A DNA stretch of 64,000 bases from the NCBI GenBank assembly GCA_965207885.1, contig OZ242311.1:864001-928000 (forward strand). The letters are read 5' to 3'. Shown here piece by piece: positions 45,989-55,968 of this stretch (position 1 is the first letter of the stretch; each line of letters begins with the position of its first letter). Source of the DNA: Candidatus Latescibacterota bacterium. Its GTDB lineage: Bacteria > Latescibacterota > UBA2968. The notes beneath the pieces were generated by a model, which was not told the origin of the DNA, did not search any database, and was given only the letters and a program-made list of their open reading frames with translations. The translations under genes were made by a program, and so were the position numbers.

Positions 45989-47428
45989 TTACAATTTCCA
46001 GCGGAGGATGGGTTTTCGCGCGGCGGTTGCTTCGTCCAGTCTTCGCACGGGTGTTGCGTGGGGGGCTTCTCTGAGGAGGTCGGGATTTTCTTCGGCTTCT
46101 TTTGCAATTTGAATCATGGCTTCGATAAAGTCGTTGACCTGTTCGAGGCTTTCGGTTTCGGTCGGTTCGATGAGCATGGTTTCGGGCGCGACATTGGGCA
46201 GGGGAAAGTAGATCGTGGGCGGATGGACGCCGTAATCTATCAGCCGTTTGGCGATGTCGGTTGCGGTGATCCCGTTCGCCTTTTTTTGTCGCGATGCCGA
46301 GAATACCATTTCGTGCATGGGTTGTGCATTTTTGGGGCGGTCGTAGTGGGGGTCGAGTTTTGCCGCGATATAATTGGCATTCAAGACGGCCATTTCACTG
46401 GTGCGGCGCATGCCTTCTGCACCGAGCATTTTGGCATAGACCAGTGCGCGTATTACCATGCCAAAATTGCCGTAGAATGAACTCACTTTGCCGATGGATT
46501 CCGGGCGGTCAAAGTCGAGTTTGAATGTATCCCCTTCTTTCAGGACTACGGGCAGGGGCAAGAATGGCAAGAGTGCCTTTTTTACGCCTACTGGACCAGA
46601 GCCGGGTCCCCCGCCTCCGTGGGGTGTGGTAAATGTTTTGTGCAGGTTGATGTGTACGACGTCAAATCCCATGTCGCCGGGCCGGCATTGACCCAGAAAG
46701 GCATTTAAGTTTGCGCCATCGTAATACAAGAGGCCGCCCACGTCGTGTACTAATGCGGCGATGTCTTCAATTTCGTCTTCAAAGACGCCAAATGTGTTGG
46801 GGTTGGTCAACATCAAACCGGCTACGTCTTCGGTCAAATGCGTCTTGAGGTCTTCCACATCGACTGTGCCGCGTTCTGTTGATTTAATTGCCTGTACTGC
46901 ATATCCGCAGATTGCCGCGGTTGCCGGATTTGTTCCATGGGCCGAGTCGGGGATGAGTACTATTTTTTTTGCGTTGCCCTGTGCCCTGTGATAGGCGGCG
47001 ATCAGTGAGATGCCCACGAATTCGCCCTGCGCTCCGGCTGTGGGTTGAAAGGTGAATCCGTCCATTCCGCTGACGGCTTTGAGCACTTGTTCCATTTCCC
47101 ATAAGACTTGCAGGGCGGGTTGGGCATTTTCCGATAGGGGATGCAGTCCCGCGATCTGTGGGATACGCGCAGCTTTCTCATGTACTCTGGGATTGTATTT
47201 CATCGTGCAGGATCCCAGGGGATAAAAATGCGTGTCGATGCTGAAGTTCATCTGTGAGAGCGCGGTGTAGTGGCGCACGAGTTCCAGTTCGCTCACTTCG
47301 GGGAGGCCGGGTGGGATGTCGCGGCGCATGGTTTCGGGTATCGCTGTTCCGGAATCCACAGCAGCGGGAAATGCGACACAGCGCCTGTCTGGCGCGCCGC
47401 GTTCAAAGATCAATATATCGCGATCCAT
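45989..47428 (-). CDS. gcvPB: Glycine dehydrogenase subunit 2
   Basis: YPLGSCTMKYNP, SAHGTNPA, HINLHKTF.TPHGGGGPG, IEPTETES. Confidence 0.96.
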   Translation of the reverse strand: MDRDILIFERGAPDRRCVAFPAAVDSGTAIPETMRRDIPPGLPEVSELELVRHYTALSQMNFSIDTHFYPLGSCTMKYNPRVHEKAARIPQIAGLHPLSENAQPALQVLWEMEQVLKAVSGMDGFTFQPTAGAQGEFVGISLIAAYHRAQGNAKKIVLIPDSAHGTNPATAAICGYAVQAIKSTERGTVDVEDLKTHLTEDVAGLMLTNPNTFGVFEDEIEDIAALVHDVGGLLYYDGANLNAFLGQCRPGDMGFDVVHINLHKTFTTPHGGGGPGSGPVGVKKALLPFLPLPVVLKEGDTFKLDFDRPESIGKVSSFYGNFGMVIRALVYAKMLGAEGMRRTSEMAVLNANYIAAKLDPHYDRPKNAQPMHEMVFSASRQKKANGITATDIAKRLIDYGVHPPTIYFPLPNVAPETMLIEPTETESLEQVNDFIEAMIQIAKEAEENPDLLREAPHATPVRRLDEATAARKPILRWKL

Positions 47429-48759
47429 TACAATGTCCTCCACGCATTGATCAGGCGTTCAATGTCGGCGTCTGTGCGTTTTTCTGTGACACATGTGAGA
47501 ATACAATTTTCGAGTTCGGGATAAAATCGGCCCAGATCAATGCCGGCTTCAATGCCCCGATGTTGCAAAGCCGTCAGGACATCGGATGCTTTGCGGTCTG
47601 TTTCCAGAACGAATTCGTTGAATATTGGACCGGAGAATTTCTGGCGCACGCCGTCTAATGCGGTCAATGCCTGCAAAGCGCGATGGCTTTGATGCCAGTT
47701 CAATTCGCCAACTTCGCGAAAGCCCTGCGGTCCGACCGAGGATAGGTACACGGTTGCTGCGGTTGCGCAAAGGGTCTGGTTGGTGCAGATGTTCGATGTG
47801 GCGCGTTCGCGTCGAATGTGTTGTTCGCGCGTTTGCAATGTCAGTACAAAGCCCCGCTTGCCATCTACATCGGTGGTTTGGCCGCAGATACGACCGGGCA
47901 TTTTTCGCACATGGCTCTCCCTCGACGCAAAAAAGCCGACATAAGGTCCGCCGTAAGACAGGGGCAGGCCCAGTGGCTGCCCATCGCCTACGACAATATC
48001 GGCGCCGAAGTCGCCCGGTGGACGAATTGTGCTCAGGGATATGGGGTTGACGCAGGCTATAAAAGCTGTTCTGGTATTGTTGATCAGGTCGCCAATTTCG
48101 GATAGGTGTTCGAGCACGCCCAAAAAATTTGGATTTTGCACGACTACGGCGGCAGTATTGTCGTTCAATTCGCGCTTTAAAGCGGCGATATCCAGTGCGC
48201 CGGAGTCGGACCAGGGAATATCCACGAGTTCGAGATCTATTCCCCGCACATAAGTCGCTACCACCTGGCGGTAAAATGGATGCAGGCTGCGCGGCAATAA
48301 GACGCGCGTGCGGTTGTTCAGACGGACTGACATAAGTACGGCTTCGGCCAGTGCAGAAGCGCCGTCGTACATGGACGCATTGGCGACTTCCATGTTGGTC
48401 AGTTCACAAATCATGGATTGAAATTCAAAAATAGCCCGAAGGGTTCCCTGGCTCACCTCGGGCTGATAGGGCGTGTAGGCTGTAAAAAATTCGCCTCGCG
48501 AAATGATGGCATCGACTACGCTGGGCGAAAAGTGATCGTAAGCACCTCCGCCCAAAAACGATAGGGGTGTCTCGCTTCCGCGGTCGGTTAGCGATTGCGC
48601 AAAAGCCATCGCTTCCATTTCACTGATTCCAGGAGGCAAATTGAGCGCGTTCAGGCGCAGCGATTCGGGAACGGGGGCAAACAGGTCATCTGTGGATGCT
48701 ACTCCGATCACGTTGAGCATGTGCTGAATATCGCGTTCTGTATGTGGCGTGTAGTTCAT
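47428..48759 (-). CDS. gcvPA: Glycine dehydrogenase subunit 1
   Basis: TAYTPYQPEVSQG, NASMYDG, TREQHIRRERATSNICTN. Confidence 0.96.
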   Translation of the reverse strand: MNYTPHTERDIQHMLNVIGVASTDDLFAPVPESLRLNALNLPPGISEMEAMAFAQSLTDRGSETPLSFLGGGAYDHFSPSVVDAIISRGEFFTAYTPYQPEVSQGTLRAIFEFQSMICELTNMEVANASMYDGASALAEAVLMSVRLNNRTRVLLPRSLHPFYRQVVATYVRGIDLELVDIPWSDSGALDIAALKRELNDNTAAVVVQNPNFLGVLEHLSEIGDLINNTRTAFIACVNPISLSTIRPPGDFGADIVVGDGQPLGLPLSYGGPYVGFFASRESHVRKMPGRICGQTTDVDGKRGFVLTLQTREQHIRRERATSNICTNQTLCATAATVYLSSVGPQGFREVGELNWHQSHRALQALTALDGVRQKFSGPIFNEFVLETDRKASDVLTALQHRGIEAGIDLGRFYPELENCILTCVTEKRTDADIERLINAWRTL

Positions 48760-49358
48760 CGTTCCTCACATTGCAATTTGTTCCAAATAGCCCGCGCGCG
48801 CTGGCGACACACGGCGGGTGTTTTATCATTGACTACGACAAAATCCGCGACTGAGACTTTGTCTTCTTCGGGCAATTGTGCGGATAGTCGCGCCATAACT
48901 TCGGCTCTGGAGATGCCCAATCGCGCCATTGTCCGCTGAATCCGCAATGCTTCGGGGGCTGTTACGACGACGAGTACATCGACGATTTTTTTGGGATCGC
49001 CGCGCTCGACCAGCAGGGCCGCATCCACAACTACGGGGTGTGTGGGTTCTCGATCCAGAGCCGCATGAATTTTGTCCAGCAATAACTGCCGAAGCGGTTG
49101 CCATACGATGGCGTTGAGTTTTTCGCGATTTTTGTCAGACGCAAAGGCTCGCTTGCCCAATTCCCGGCGTGCGATTTGTCCGTCGGCATCCAGAATCTCT
49201 CGTCCGAACACGTCGGTCAGGTTGCGAATCACAATCGGATCGCGGAGTACTTCGTGACCTGTTGAATCGGCGTCGATTACGCGTGCGCCGGCTTTTTCAA
49301 ATACGGCGCATACGGTGCTTTTTCCCGCGCCGATGCCTCCTGTTACGCCTATGATCAC
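48756..49358 (-). CDS. coaE: Dephospho-CoA kinase
   Basis: IIGVTGGIGAGKST, IDAD, DAALLVE, R..AQ. GTG start coupled to the upstream stop. Confidence 0.93.
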   Translation of the reverse strand: MIIGVTGGIGAGKSTVCAVFEKAGARVIDADSTGHEVLRDPIVIRNLTDVFGREILDADGQIARRELGKRAFASDKNREKLNAIVWQPLRQLLLDKIHAALDREPTHPVVVDAALLVERGDPKKIVDVLVVVTAPEALRIQRTMARLGISRAEVMARLSAQLPEEDKVSVADFVVVNDKTPAVCRQRARAIWNKLQCEER

Positions 49359-50287
49359 TGCTCGTCCTCTCGGCGATATACGCGCAATTGCAGGGTCAAT
49401 TCTTCGGCTTCGTCTTCGGCTTCCCACCGCCGCAAGGTCGCGCGATTCCGCAGTCTCACGCATATATAGGCGAGTAGCAAGAGCAAGGTGAGATACAGCC
49501 AGATCAAATCGGGCGAAAAAAGCAACGTCATCAGACTGAATCGCGCCTGTACATCATCGCGCCATCGCCGTTCAAATTCGCGGGGTGTTTCGCCGGTTAC
49601 GCGAAATAATGCGACTTCAAAGGGCGCGTCTGCTTCCAGTTCGGAGAGCATGACGACCACGGCATTGGGACCGCCCAAACGGATCAAAAACGAGACTGCC
49701 AGCAAACTTTCCGTGTAGGCCAGATCGGCTTTTGCCGAGGGGAAAGAAAGGACTTCATCAATTTCGGAGAGCGGGATCAAGTTCTCCGAAAAGACCGCGT
49801 AAAACACTGCCGCGCTTTGTCGCAAGCGCCACTCGTGCGACGCCCACATCGCCACGCCTTCGTGAAACCAGACGGGTACACGCGATGGCGCGATGGCGTG
49901 CAAAAATATATGGGCAAATTCGTGTCGCGCAACCTGTAGTAAGTTGTCGGCGCTGGCTTGTAGAACAATGGTGCGCGATTCGAGAAATGCAACCCCCGCG
50001 CTCCAATGCGGCAAGCGCCCGTGTGTCAATTCTCGAAAAATAGCTTCGTTCGGCGCGAGATAAACCGCTATGGGAATTTCGGGGGCGCCGCCCAGTTTGC
50101 GCCGGATTTCATTGCGTCCAATAAGGAGTGCGTTCAAGAATGTCTGTGCCCGAACCGCATCGTTATGCGCGAGGTATAAGGCGAGGCCATCGCGTTCAAA
50201 TTTGTGCCATTCTGTCGCGTTTGCTGCGGAAAAGGAGAAGAGGAGGAGAAAGCAGAGATACGAGATTTGGGTTGAACGGGCAGACAT
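49355..50287 (-). CDS. Peptidase MA-like metallohydrolase, membrane anchored
   Basis: Signal peptide, HEFAH zincin, P.WFHEG.A, C-terminal TM. Confidence 0.82.
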   Translation of the reverse strand: MSARSTQISYLCFLLLFSFSAANATEWHKFERDGLALYLAHNDAVRAQTFLNALLIGRNEIRRKLGGAPEIPIAVYLAPNEAIFRELTHGRLPHWSAGVAFLESRTIVLQASADNLLQVARHEFAHIFLHAIAPSRVPVWFHEGVAMWASHEWRLRQSAAVFYAVFSENLIPLSEIDEVLSFPSAKADLAYTESLLAVSFLIRLGGPNAVVVMLSELEADAPFEVALFRVTGETPREFERRWRDDVQARFSLMTLLFSPDLIWLYLTLLLLLAYICVRLRNRATLRRWEAEDEAEELTLQLRVYRREDEQ

Positions 50288-50347
50288 GGGGTTGCCTCTG
50301 CGTTGAGGCGTAGCCTACACTCAAATTCAGGGCGATGGGGTACAGAC

Positions 50348-50373
50348 GGGACGGCCCATGGGCCGTCCCTTAC
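50348..50373. repeat. GTAG-family REP-like palindrome (GTAA tag)
   Basis: Perfect GGGACGGCCCATGGGCCGTCCC followed by TTAC. Same GGGACGGC/GCCGTCCC arms as 2671-2692. Confidence 0.75.
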
Positions 50374-50381
50374 AACCATTT

Positions 50382-51242
50382 TTACCGTGGACGCTTTTTA
50401 GTCAGGTACTTGAAGAAGTCGCTGGTGGGAGGCATCACGACGGTTGTTCCTTCGCCCAGGGTTTTTTCATAGGCTTCGAGGGTGCGCCAGAATTGAAAAA
50501 AGCGAGGGTCTTGTTCAAAGGCATCGGCATAGATACGCAATGCTTCGGCATCGCCTTCACCGCGAATTAGCTGCGATTTTTGCAGGGCTTCGGATTTGAG
50601 TCGCGCAACTTCAAGGTCGGTTTCCGCGCGGATTTTCAGAGCCGCTTCTTCGCCCTCGGCGCGGTATTCTTTGGCTTGCCGATCGCGCTCGGCACGCATG
50701 CGTTCAAATACGTTGTTTTTGTTTTCCCGCGGCAGGTCTGCGCGTTTAATCCGCACATCAAGGATATCAATGCCCAGTCCAAGTGCTGCCTCGTGGGAGC
50801 GCTCTGTCACTTTTTTCATGATTTCCTCGCGGTGCGTAACTACGATCTCGACCAGCGTGCGTTGTCCGAGTTCTTCGCGCACCGCTGAAAAAATGATGTC
50901 GTCCAGGCGCGATTGTGCATAAGAGACATTTTGCACAGATACCAGAAACTTGAGTGGATCTGTGATGCGCCAGCGGGCAAAATTATCGACGATGAGGTTT
51001 TTCTTGTCCTGCGTGTAAATTTGTCTGGGGTCGGCATCGCTGTACAGCAGGCGATCTTCGAAGGTGTGCAATTGCTGGATAAATGGGATCTTAAAATGCA
51101 GACCAGGGGACTGTACGGTGCGTACGGGTTGCCCAAATTCTGTGACGACGACCTGTTCGCGTTCATCCACGATATAACACGATGCATTCAGTAAAATACT
51201 CCCTGCGATCAAAATGACCACCAGGGTTACGAGGTTGCGCAT
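50382..51242 (-). CDS. hflC: FtsH protease modulator HflC
   Basis: PGLHFKIPF, DVRIKRADLP, ERMRAER, FFQFWRTLEAY. Confidence 0.95.
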   Translation of the reverse strand: MRNLVTLVVILIAGSILLNASCYIVDEREQVVVTEFGQPVRTVQSPGLHFKIPFIQQLHTFEDRLLYSDADPRQIYTQDKKNLIVDNFARWRITDPLKFLVSVQNVSYAQSRLDDIIFSAVREELGQRTLVEIVVTHREEIMKKVTERSHEAALGLGIDILDVRIKRADLPRENKNNVFERMRAERDRQAKEYRAEGEEAALKIRAETDLEVARLKSEALQKSQLIRGEGDAEALRIYADAFEQDPRFFQFWRTLEAYEKTLGEGTTVVMPPTSDFFKYLTKKRPR

Positions 51243-51243
51243 G

Positions 51244-52218
51244 TCAATTTCCTCCTCCTAATGGCTTTTGCAGATTGAGAACGTTGAGGATACCGCCCTT
51301 GCCATCGGATTCGACGACGTATTTTTGTATGCTGGGCAGAATTTTTTCCATTGTTTCGAGGTACATTCGCGTTTCGGTCACGTCTTTTGCATTGCGATAT
51401 TCTTTGAGCACCTCGACGAAGCGGTCTGCATCGCCCTGTGAGCGCTTGACGCGCTCGACTTTATAGGCTTCGGCTTCGCGGATCATTCTTTCGGCTTCAC
51501 CGCGCGTTTTTGGGATGATGTCATTGCGATAGGCTTCGGCTTCGTTGCGGAGACGTTCTTTGTCTTCTCGCGCGTTGGCGACGTCCTTAAATGCGTGATC
51601 GACTTCCTGGGGTACAGATACGGTTTGCAATTTGGCTTGATCGACGCGCACGCCGATTTGGTAGAGGTCCAGGACTTCCTGAACCTGTTCCAGTATCTTT
51701 TCCTGTATTTCTAACTTGCCCTCTGTGAGAGCATCGTCGATGGTGCGCTGCCCAATGACCTGACGCAATGCGGCCTCGGTCACGTCTTTGACGGCTTTTC
51801 GCTGGTCGTTGACCTGGAACAAGTAGTTCTCCAAATCGCGGATGCGATACTGAACGATCAGTTCTACATCGACGATATTTTCATCGCCGGTCAACATCGC
51901 GGATTCGGCTGAGACCTTCTGGTATCTCGGCGTGGGCGTTACGCTGATGGTGCGAAAGCCGACTTCGAGGCGTTTTACCTCTGATACGCGCTCTTTCTCA
52001 ATGCGCTCGATGGGTGTGGGCCAGTGGTAGTGGATGCCAGGATCTTCCAGGCTTACCGCTCGTCCGAATCGAAATACGACTGCTTGCTCGTCTTGCCGCA
52101 CCGTGTAGATGCCGCTGGCCAACCAGAGCACTGCCAGTACAATTAACCCGTAATAGATGAACTTGGGGTTGAATTGCAAGTCGAAATTTGGACGGTTTGG
52201 AAATTGATATTCTTGCAT
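51244..52218 (-). CDS. hflK: FtsH protease modulator HflK
   Basis: MLTGDENIV, VQYRI, EAEAY.N.IIP, T.TRMYLETME. Confidence 0.95.
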   Translation of the reverse strand: MQEYQFPNRPNFDLQFNPKFIYYGLIVLAVLWLASGIYTVRQDEQAVVFRFGRAVSLEDPGIHYHWPTPIERIEKERVSEVKRLEVGFRTISVTPTPRYQKVSAESAMLTGDENIVDVELIVQYRIRDLENYLFQVNDQRKAVKDVTEAALRQVIGQRTIDDALTEGKLEIQEKILEQVQEVLDLYQIGVRVDQAKLQTVSVPQEVDHAFKDVANAREDKERLRNEAEAYRNDIIPKTRGEAERMIREAEAYKVERVKRSQGDADRFVEVLKEYRNAKDVTETRMYLETMEKILPSIQKYVVESDGKGGILNVLNLQKPLGGGN

Positions 52219-52230
52219 CAGGCCCTCCTT

Positions 52231-53226
52231 TCAGGACCGGGGAGAATGCCGTTTAATACGGCAGGTTGACCTGTCTGTGTCCCGCACAGGCAGGTCTTCG
52301 GGGTTTAAGAATTGGCTTATTTTTGCTATGCCTTCAATGCCGCGCAAACACACGTTGATACCCGCCACTCGATTGGCAAAACGACTGGCAAAGGCGCGGT
52401 TGCCCGTTTGCAAGAAGGCCCAGGTATATCCCATTAAAAAGGTGTCGCCACATCCGGTTTCGTCGCAGGGTTCAGCTATGGGCGCAGGGCCGAACGGGTC
52501 GATTACAATGTCTGAGCGGTCATTTTGAAAAATTGTTTCAGAACCGCGGTTGCTGCGCGTGATCATCAATACTGAAGGTCCCGCGCACAATACTTGTTTT
52601 GCAAAACGGCGTGTTGCGTCTTTGCTGTCCAGTGTTTCGTCGGCGAGTAAAGCGCCTTCTTGCTCATTCATTTGTACGACATCCACGCATCCCATCCATT
52701 TTTTCCACTGCGAGGGTACGCGCCAGAATCGACGGCGTTTTTCATCCATGCCCAGGGTTAAACTGTGGACATCCATCAATAGCAAACCGGTGGCGAAACG
52801 ACGCACGCGTTGCGCGGTTTCGAGTGCGAGTTCCATTCCGGTGATAAAATTAAAGCATATCGCGTCGCAGTCTAAAAATGGTTTAATTTGTGAAAAAGAG
52901 ATTTGCGGGACATCGTTGTGCAGGGTTTCGCGTTTGCGCCCGTTTGCGTCGTAATCCAAAAAGCAATGGGGGTTTTTGCCCGATACAAATCGGATGCCGT
53001 CGAATTTGACGTGCGGATATGGCGCGAGTTTTTTGCGCACTACGGCTTCCATGTCTGCGCCTACATTGCAGATGGGGTAAATCGCTACCTGAGAAGACGC
53101 GATCTCAGCCAGTGCCAGGATGCTGTACAACAAACCGCCGTAGCTTTCGGTTGTCACGCCATCGGCGGTGTGAATCGTGTCGCGGTTAATCGTGCCAAGC
53201 AACGCAATGCGCAGCTCTTGATTCAT
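52231..53226 (-). CDS. PfkB family carbohydrate kinase
   Basis: N..E motif (MNEQE), DETGCGDTF anion hole. Confidence 0.85.
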   Translation of the reverse strand: MNQELRIALLGTINRDTIHTADGVTTESYGGLLYSILALAEIASSQVAIYPICNVGADMEAVVRKKLAPYPHVKFDGIRFVSGKNPHCFLDYDANGRKRETLHNDVPQISFSQIKPFLDCDAICFNFITGMELALETAQRVRRFATGLLLMDVHSLTLGMDEKRRRFWRVPSQWKKWMGCVDVVQMNEQEGALLADETLDSKDATRRFAKQVLCAGPSVLMITRSNRGSETIFQNDRSDIVIDPFGPAPIAEPCDETGCGDTFLMGYTWAFLQTGNRAFASRFANRVAGINVCLRGIEGIAKISQFLNPEDLPVRDTDRSTCRIKRHSPRS

Positions 53227-53280
53227 CAGTCAGTTTCCGGGTAATGGTGAAAAAGATCATCCGCATAAGAATGCCGAATC

Positions 53281-53309
53281 AATCTACCATAATACAATAG
53301 GGGTGTCAA
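53281..53309 (-). promoter_or_regulatory. Sigma70 promoter for the pfkB-hflKC operon
   Basis: Minus strand TTGACA-17 nt-TAGATT with an extended TG. Confidence 0.7.
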
Positions 53310-53333
53310 CTATTAGCGGTCATCAGGTAGCAG

Positions 53334-55427
53334 TTATCCCGCTTCTACAATTTGCATGTCGTGGCGTGCGGTTGCGTCTAATTCTCGTCTTAAGATAGTG
53401 TGCGCGGTCAAATTTGGGTCGTGGGATAGGAGTGTCTGCGCTTCTCGGCGTGCGGCGGTGATTAAGGCGCCGTCGCGGGCGAGGTCGGCAAAGTGAAATT
53501 TGGGGAAGCCAGCTTGTTGTGTGCCAAAAATATGTCCGGGTCCCCGGATGCACAAGTCGGCTTCTGATATTTCAAATCCGTCCGTTGTTCGCGCCATGGC
53601 GTCGAGGCGTTCACGCGCGTCATCCGATAGCCCTTCCTGGGGATCTGCGATTAAAATACAGTAGGATTGATGTTGACCGCGGCCCACGCGCCCGCGCAAT
53701 TGGTGCAATTGCGATAGTCCAAAGCGCTCGGCGTGTTCGACCATCATGACTGTGGCATTGGGTACATCGACGCCGACTTCTATGACTGTTGTCGTGACCA
53801 ATACATCCAGGTCGCCGCGCCTGAAGGCAGACATTGTGGTTTCTTTTTTGTCGCGTTTTAGCCGTCCGTGCAGCAAGCCCAGTTGGAAGTTGGAGAGTGC
53901 GCCCTGTTGCAGGTCTTCAAAGGCGGCAGTGGCGGCTTGCAGGTCGCTTTTTTCGGATTCGGATACGAGTGGATAGACGATATATGCCTGATGTCCTTGT
54001 TGCAGTTCGCTGCGGAGAAATTGCAGTGCGCGGTCGCGGTCCTGTGCATAACGCCATCCCGTGCGTACAGGGATGCGACCGGGCGGCAGGGCTTCGATGA
54101 TGGTGACATCCAGATCGCCGTACAGGGTTAGAGATAGGGATCTGGGTATGGGGGTGGCGGTCATGACCAGGAGATGGGGCGCATTGCCTTTTTCGCGCAA
54201 CATGGCGCGCTGGACCACGCCAAAGCGATGTTGCTCATCGACGACGATGAGTGCGAGGTCGGTAAATGCAATGTCGTTTTGCAATAGGGCATGTGTGCCG
54301 ACTGCTATTTTTATTTTTCCAGAACGCAATCCGTCCAGTACTCTGGTGCGTTGTGCCTTTGGCATGCGTCCTGTTACCAGTGCTATGTCTAAGCCCAATG
54401 GTGCGACGAGTTCCCGAATGGTGTGGGCGTGTTGCTCGGCGAGGATCTCTGTGGGTGCCATTAAGGCGGCCTGCGCGCCGCTGTCTGTGGCACACAACAT
54501 GGCATGGAGGGCGACGAGAGTTTTGCCGGATCCCACATCGCCCTGTAACAGGCGATGCATGGCTATGGGGCACTGTAAGTCATGGCCGATTTCTGCAATG
54601 GCATGTGCTTGTGCGTGTGTGAGTTCAAAGGGCAAATGCGCTACGAGTTGTTGCGTCAGGGGGCCGCTGGATGTCAGTACGCGTCCGGGCGTGCTTTGGC
54701 GCAGCTTTTTTGCTTGTCCCAGATAAAGCTGGATATAGAAGATTTCGTCAAATGATAGGCGTTGCCGCGCAGTGTCTATGTCCGCTGTTGTGTCTGGGAA
54801 ATGGATTTTTTCAATTGCGTCTCTAAGGCGCATCAGGCCACAGCGTTTGCGTATGTTTTCGTCCAATGGGTCTTCGATCTGATCTCCAACAGCTTGTAGC
54901 GCGGCGAATAACAGGCGGCGGAGTGCGCGGGCTGTGAGGCGGTCTGCTTTCATTTTTGATGTGGTCGAGTACAGGGGGATGATGCGTCCGGTGTGTAGCC
55001 GCTGATTGTCGTCTTCTTCGTTTGCCAGAACTTCTATTTCGGGGTGTACTATTTGCAGGGTGCGCCCGAATCGCGTCAGTTTTCCCCCGAGTGCCACGAT
55101 GTCGCCCGCGCGGTATGCATTTTTGAGGTATTGAATGCCTCCAAACCAGGTGCAGGCGACCGATCCGGTCTGGTCTTCGACTGTCATGACGAAGCGCCGA
55201 CGCTTGCCGGGGATTGTCTGCATGCTCACGATTTCACCGACTGCGGTGACTTCCCGATCCAGCGGCAGGTGTGCGATTCCGACTTCGGTGGATCGATCTA
55301 TGTACCGATAGGGCAAATACAATAGCAGATCGCCCACGGTGGCGATGCCGGCGTTTTCCAATACTTTTTCGCGTTTTGGTCCAATGCCCGGCAGTGTTCG
55401 CAAGGGCTGGTTTAAGTTTGAGAGCAT
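53334..55427 (-). CDS. recG: ATP-dependent DNA helicase RecG
   Basis: LLQGDVGSGKT, DEQHRFG, TATPIPR, QLHQLRGRVGRG, DGFEISEADL..RGPG. Confidence 0.96.
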   Translation of the reverse strand: MLSNLNQPLRTLPGIGPKREKVLENAGIATVGDLLLYLPYRYIDRSTEVGIAHLPLDREVTAVGEIVSMQTIPGKRRRFVMTVEDQTGSVACTWFGGIQYLKNAYRAGDIVALGGKLTRFGRTLQIVHPEIEVLANEEDDNQRLHTGRIIPLYSTTSKMKADRLTARALRRLLFAALQAVGDQIEDPLDENIRKRCGLMRLRDAIEKIHFPDTTADIDTARQRLSFDEIFYIQLYLGQAKKLRQSTPGRVLTSSGPLTQQLVAHLPFELTHAQAHAIAEIGHDLQCPIAMHRLLQGDVGSGKTLVALHAMLCATDSGAQAALMAPTEILAEQHAHTIRELVAPLGLDIALVTGRMPKAQRTRVLDGLRSGKIKIAVGTHALLQNDIAFTDLALIVVDEQHRFGVVQRAMLREKGNAPHLLVMTATPIPRSLSLTLYGDLDVTIIEALPPGRIPVRTGWRYAQDRDRALQFLRSELQQGHQAYIVYPLVSESEKSDLQAATAAFEDLQQGALSNFQLGLLHGRLKRDKKETTMSAFRRGDLDVLVTTTVIEVGVDVPNATVMMVEHAERFGLSQLHQLRGRVGRGQHQSYCILIADPQEGLSDDARERLDAMARTTDGFEISEADLCIRGPGHIFGTQQAGFPKFHFADLARDGALITAARREAQTLLSHDPNLTAHTILRRELDATARHDMQIVEAG

Positions 55428-55433
55428 ATTGTT

Positions 55434-55820
55434 CTATTTTTCTTCTTCGCTGTCGCCTTCCTCGTCGTCTTTCTGTTTTTTGCGCTTGTCTTTAAATGCT
55501 TTAATTTTTTCTATTACATCGGGTGCGTATTTGAGCAGGTCGGCAATGGACATGCTTTTGTCTTCTATGGGTAGAAGCTGTGCTTTGCCTTTTTGTATGA
55601 CGATGAATGCCACGGGTTGTACAGAGCCGCCTCCACCCGTGCCACTGCTGCCGTCGTCTTTTTCGCTTTGTCCACCGCCTGCGCCAAATCCAAAGGATAT
55701 TTTGGATACGGGTATGATGGTGATGTCGCCCGCAATTACAGGCTCGCCTACTACGGTTTCGGTTTTTACGATTTCACGTAGTTCATTTAACATCGTTCGC
55801 ACCATGTCTTCAATGGCCAT
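55434..55820 (-). CDS. ytfJ: GerW/YtfJ family protein
   Basis: TVVGEP...IIPVSKISFGFGAGG...GTGGGGSVQPVAFIVI. Confidence 0.88.
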   Translation of the reverse strand: MAIEDMVRTMLNELREIVKTETVVGEPVIAGDITIIPVSKISFGFGAGGGQSEKDDGSSGTGGGGSVQPVAFIVIQKGKAQLLPIEDKSMSIADLLKYAPDVIEKIKAFKDKRKKQKDDEEGDSEEEK

Positions 55821-55867
55821 ATTTCCTCCCTAAGAAGTAAAGTCATAATAATCATTAGAAAAACTTC

Positions 55868-55947
55868 CTGGATCGCGGCTTAAACCATGCCGCGATGACA
55901 ATCGCTATTCCTGTCGTCACGCCTGCAGGTCTTAAGCAGGCGTCCAG
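55868..55947. repeat. Divergent pair of CGTC-type palindromic repeats (copies 3 and 4)
   Basis: 55868-55899 on the minus strand reads GTCA-TCGCGGC-atggtttaa-GCCGCGA-TCCAG. 55915-55947 reads CGTCA-CGCCTGC-aggtcttaa-GCAGGCG-TCCAG. Confidence 0.8.
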
Positions 55948-55968
55948 GGCGGGGAGTTGTTTGAATTC

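Noticed and set aside
45989-48759. gcvPA/PB without gcvT/gcvH
   Set aside because: Split gcv loci are common, and the other genes are probably elsewhere in the genome.
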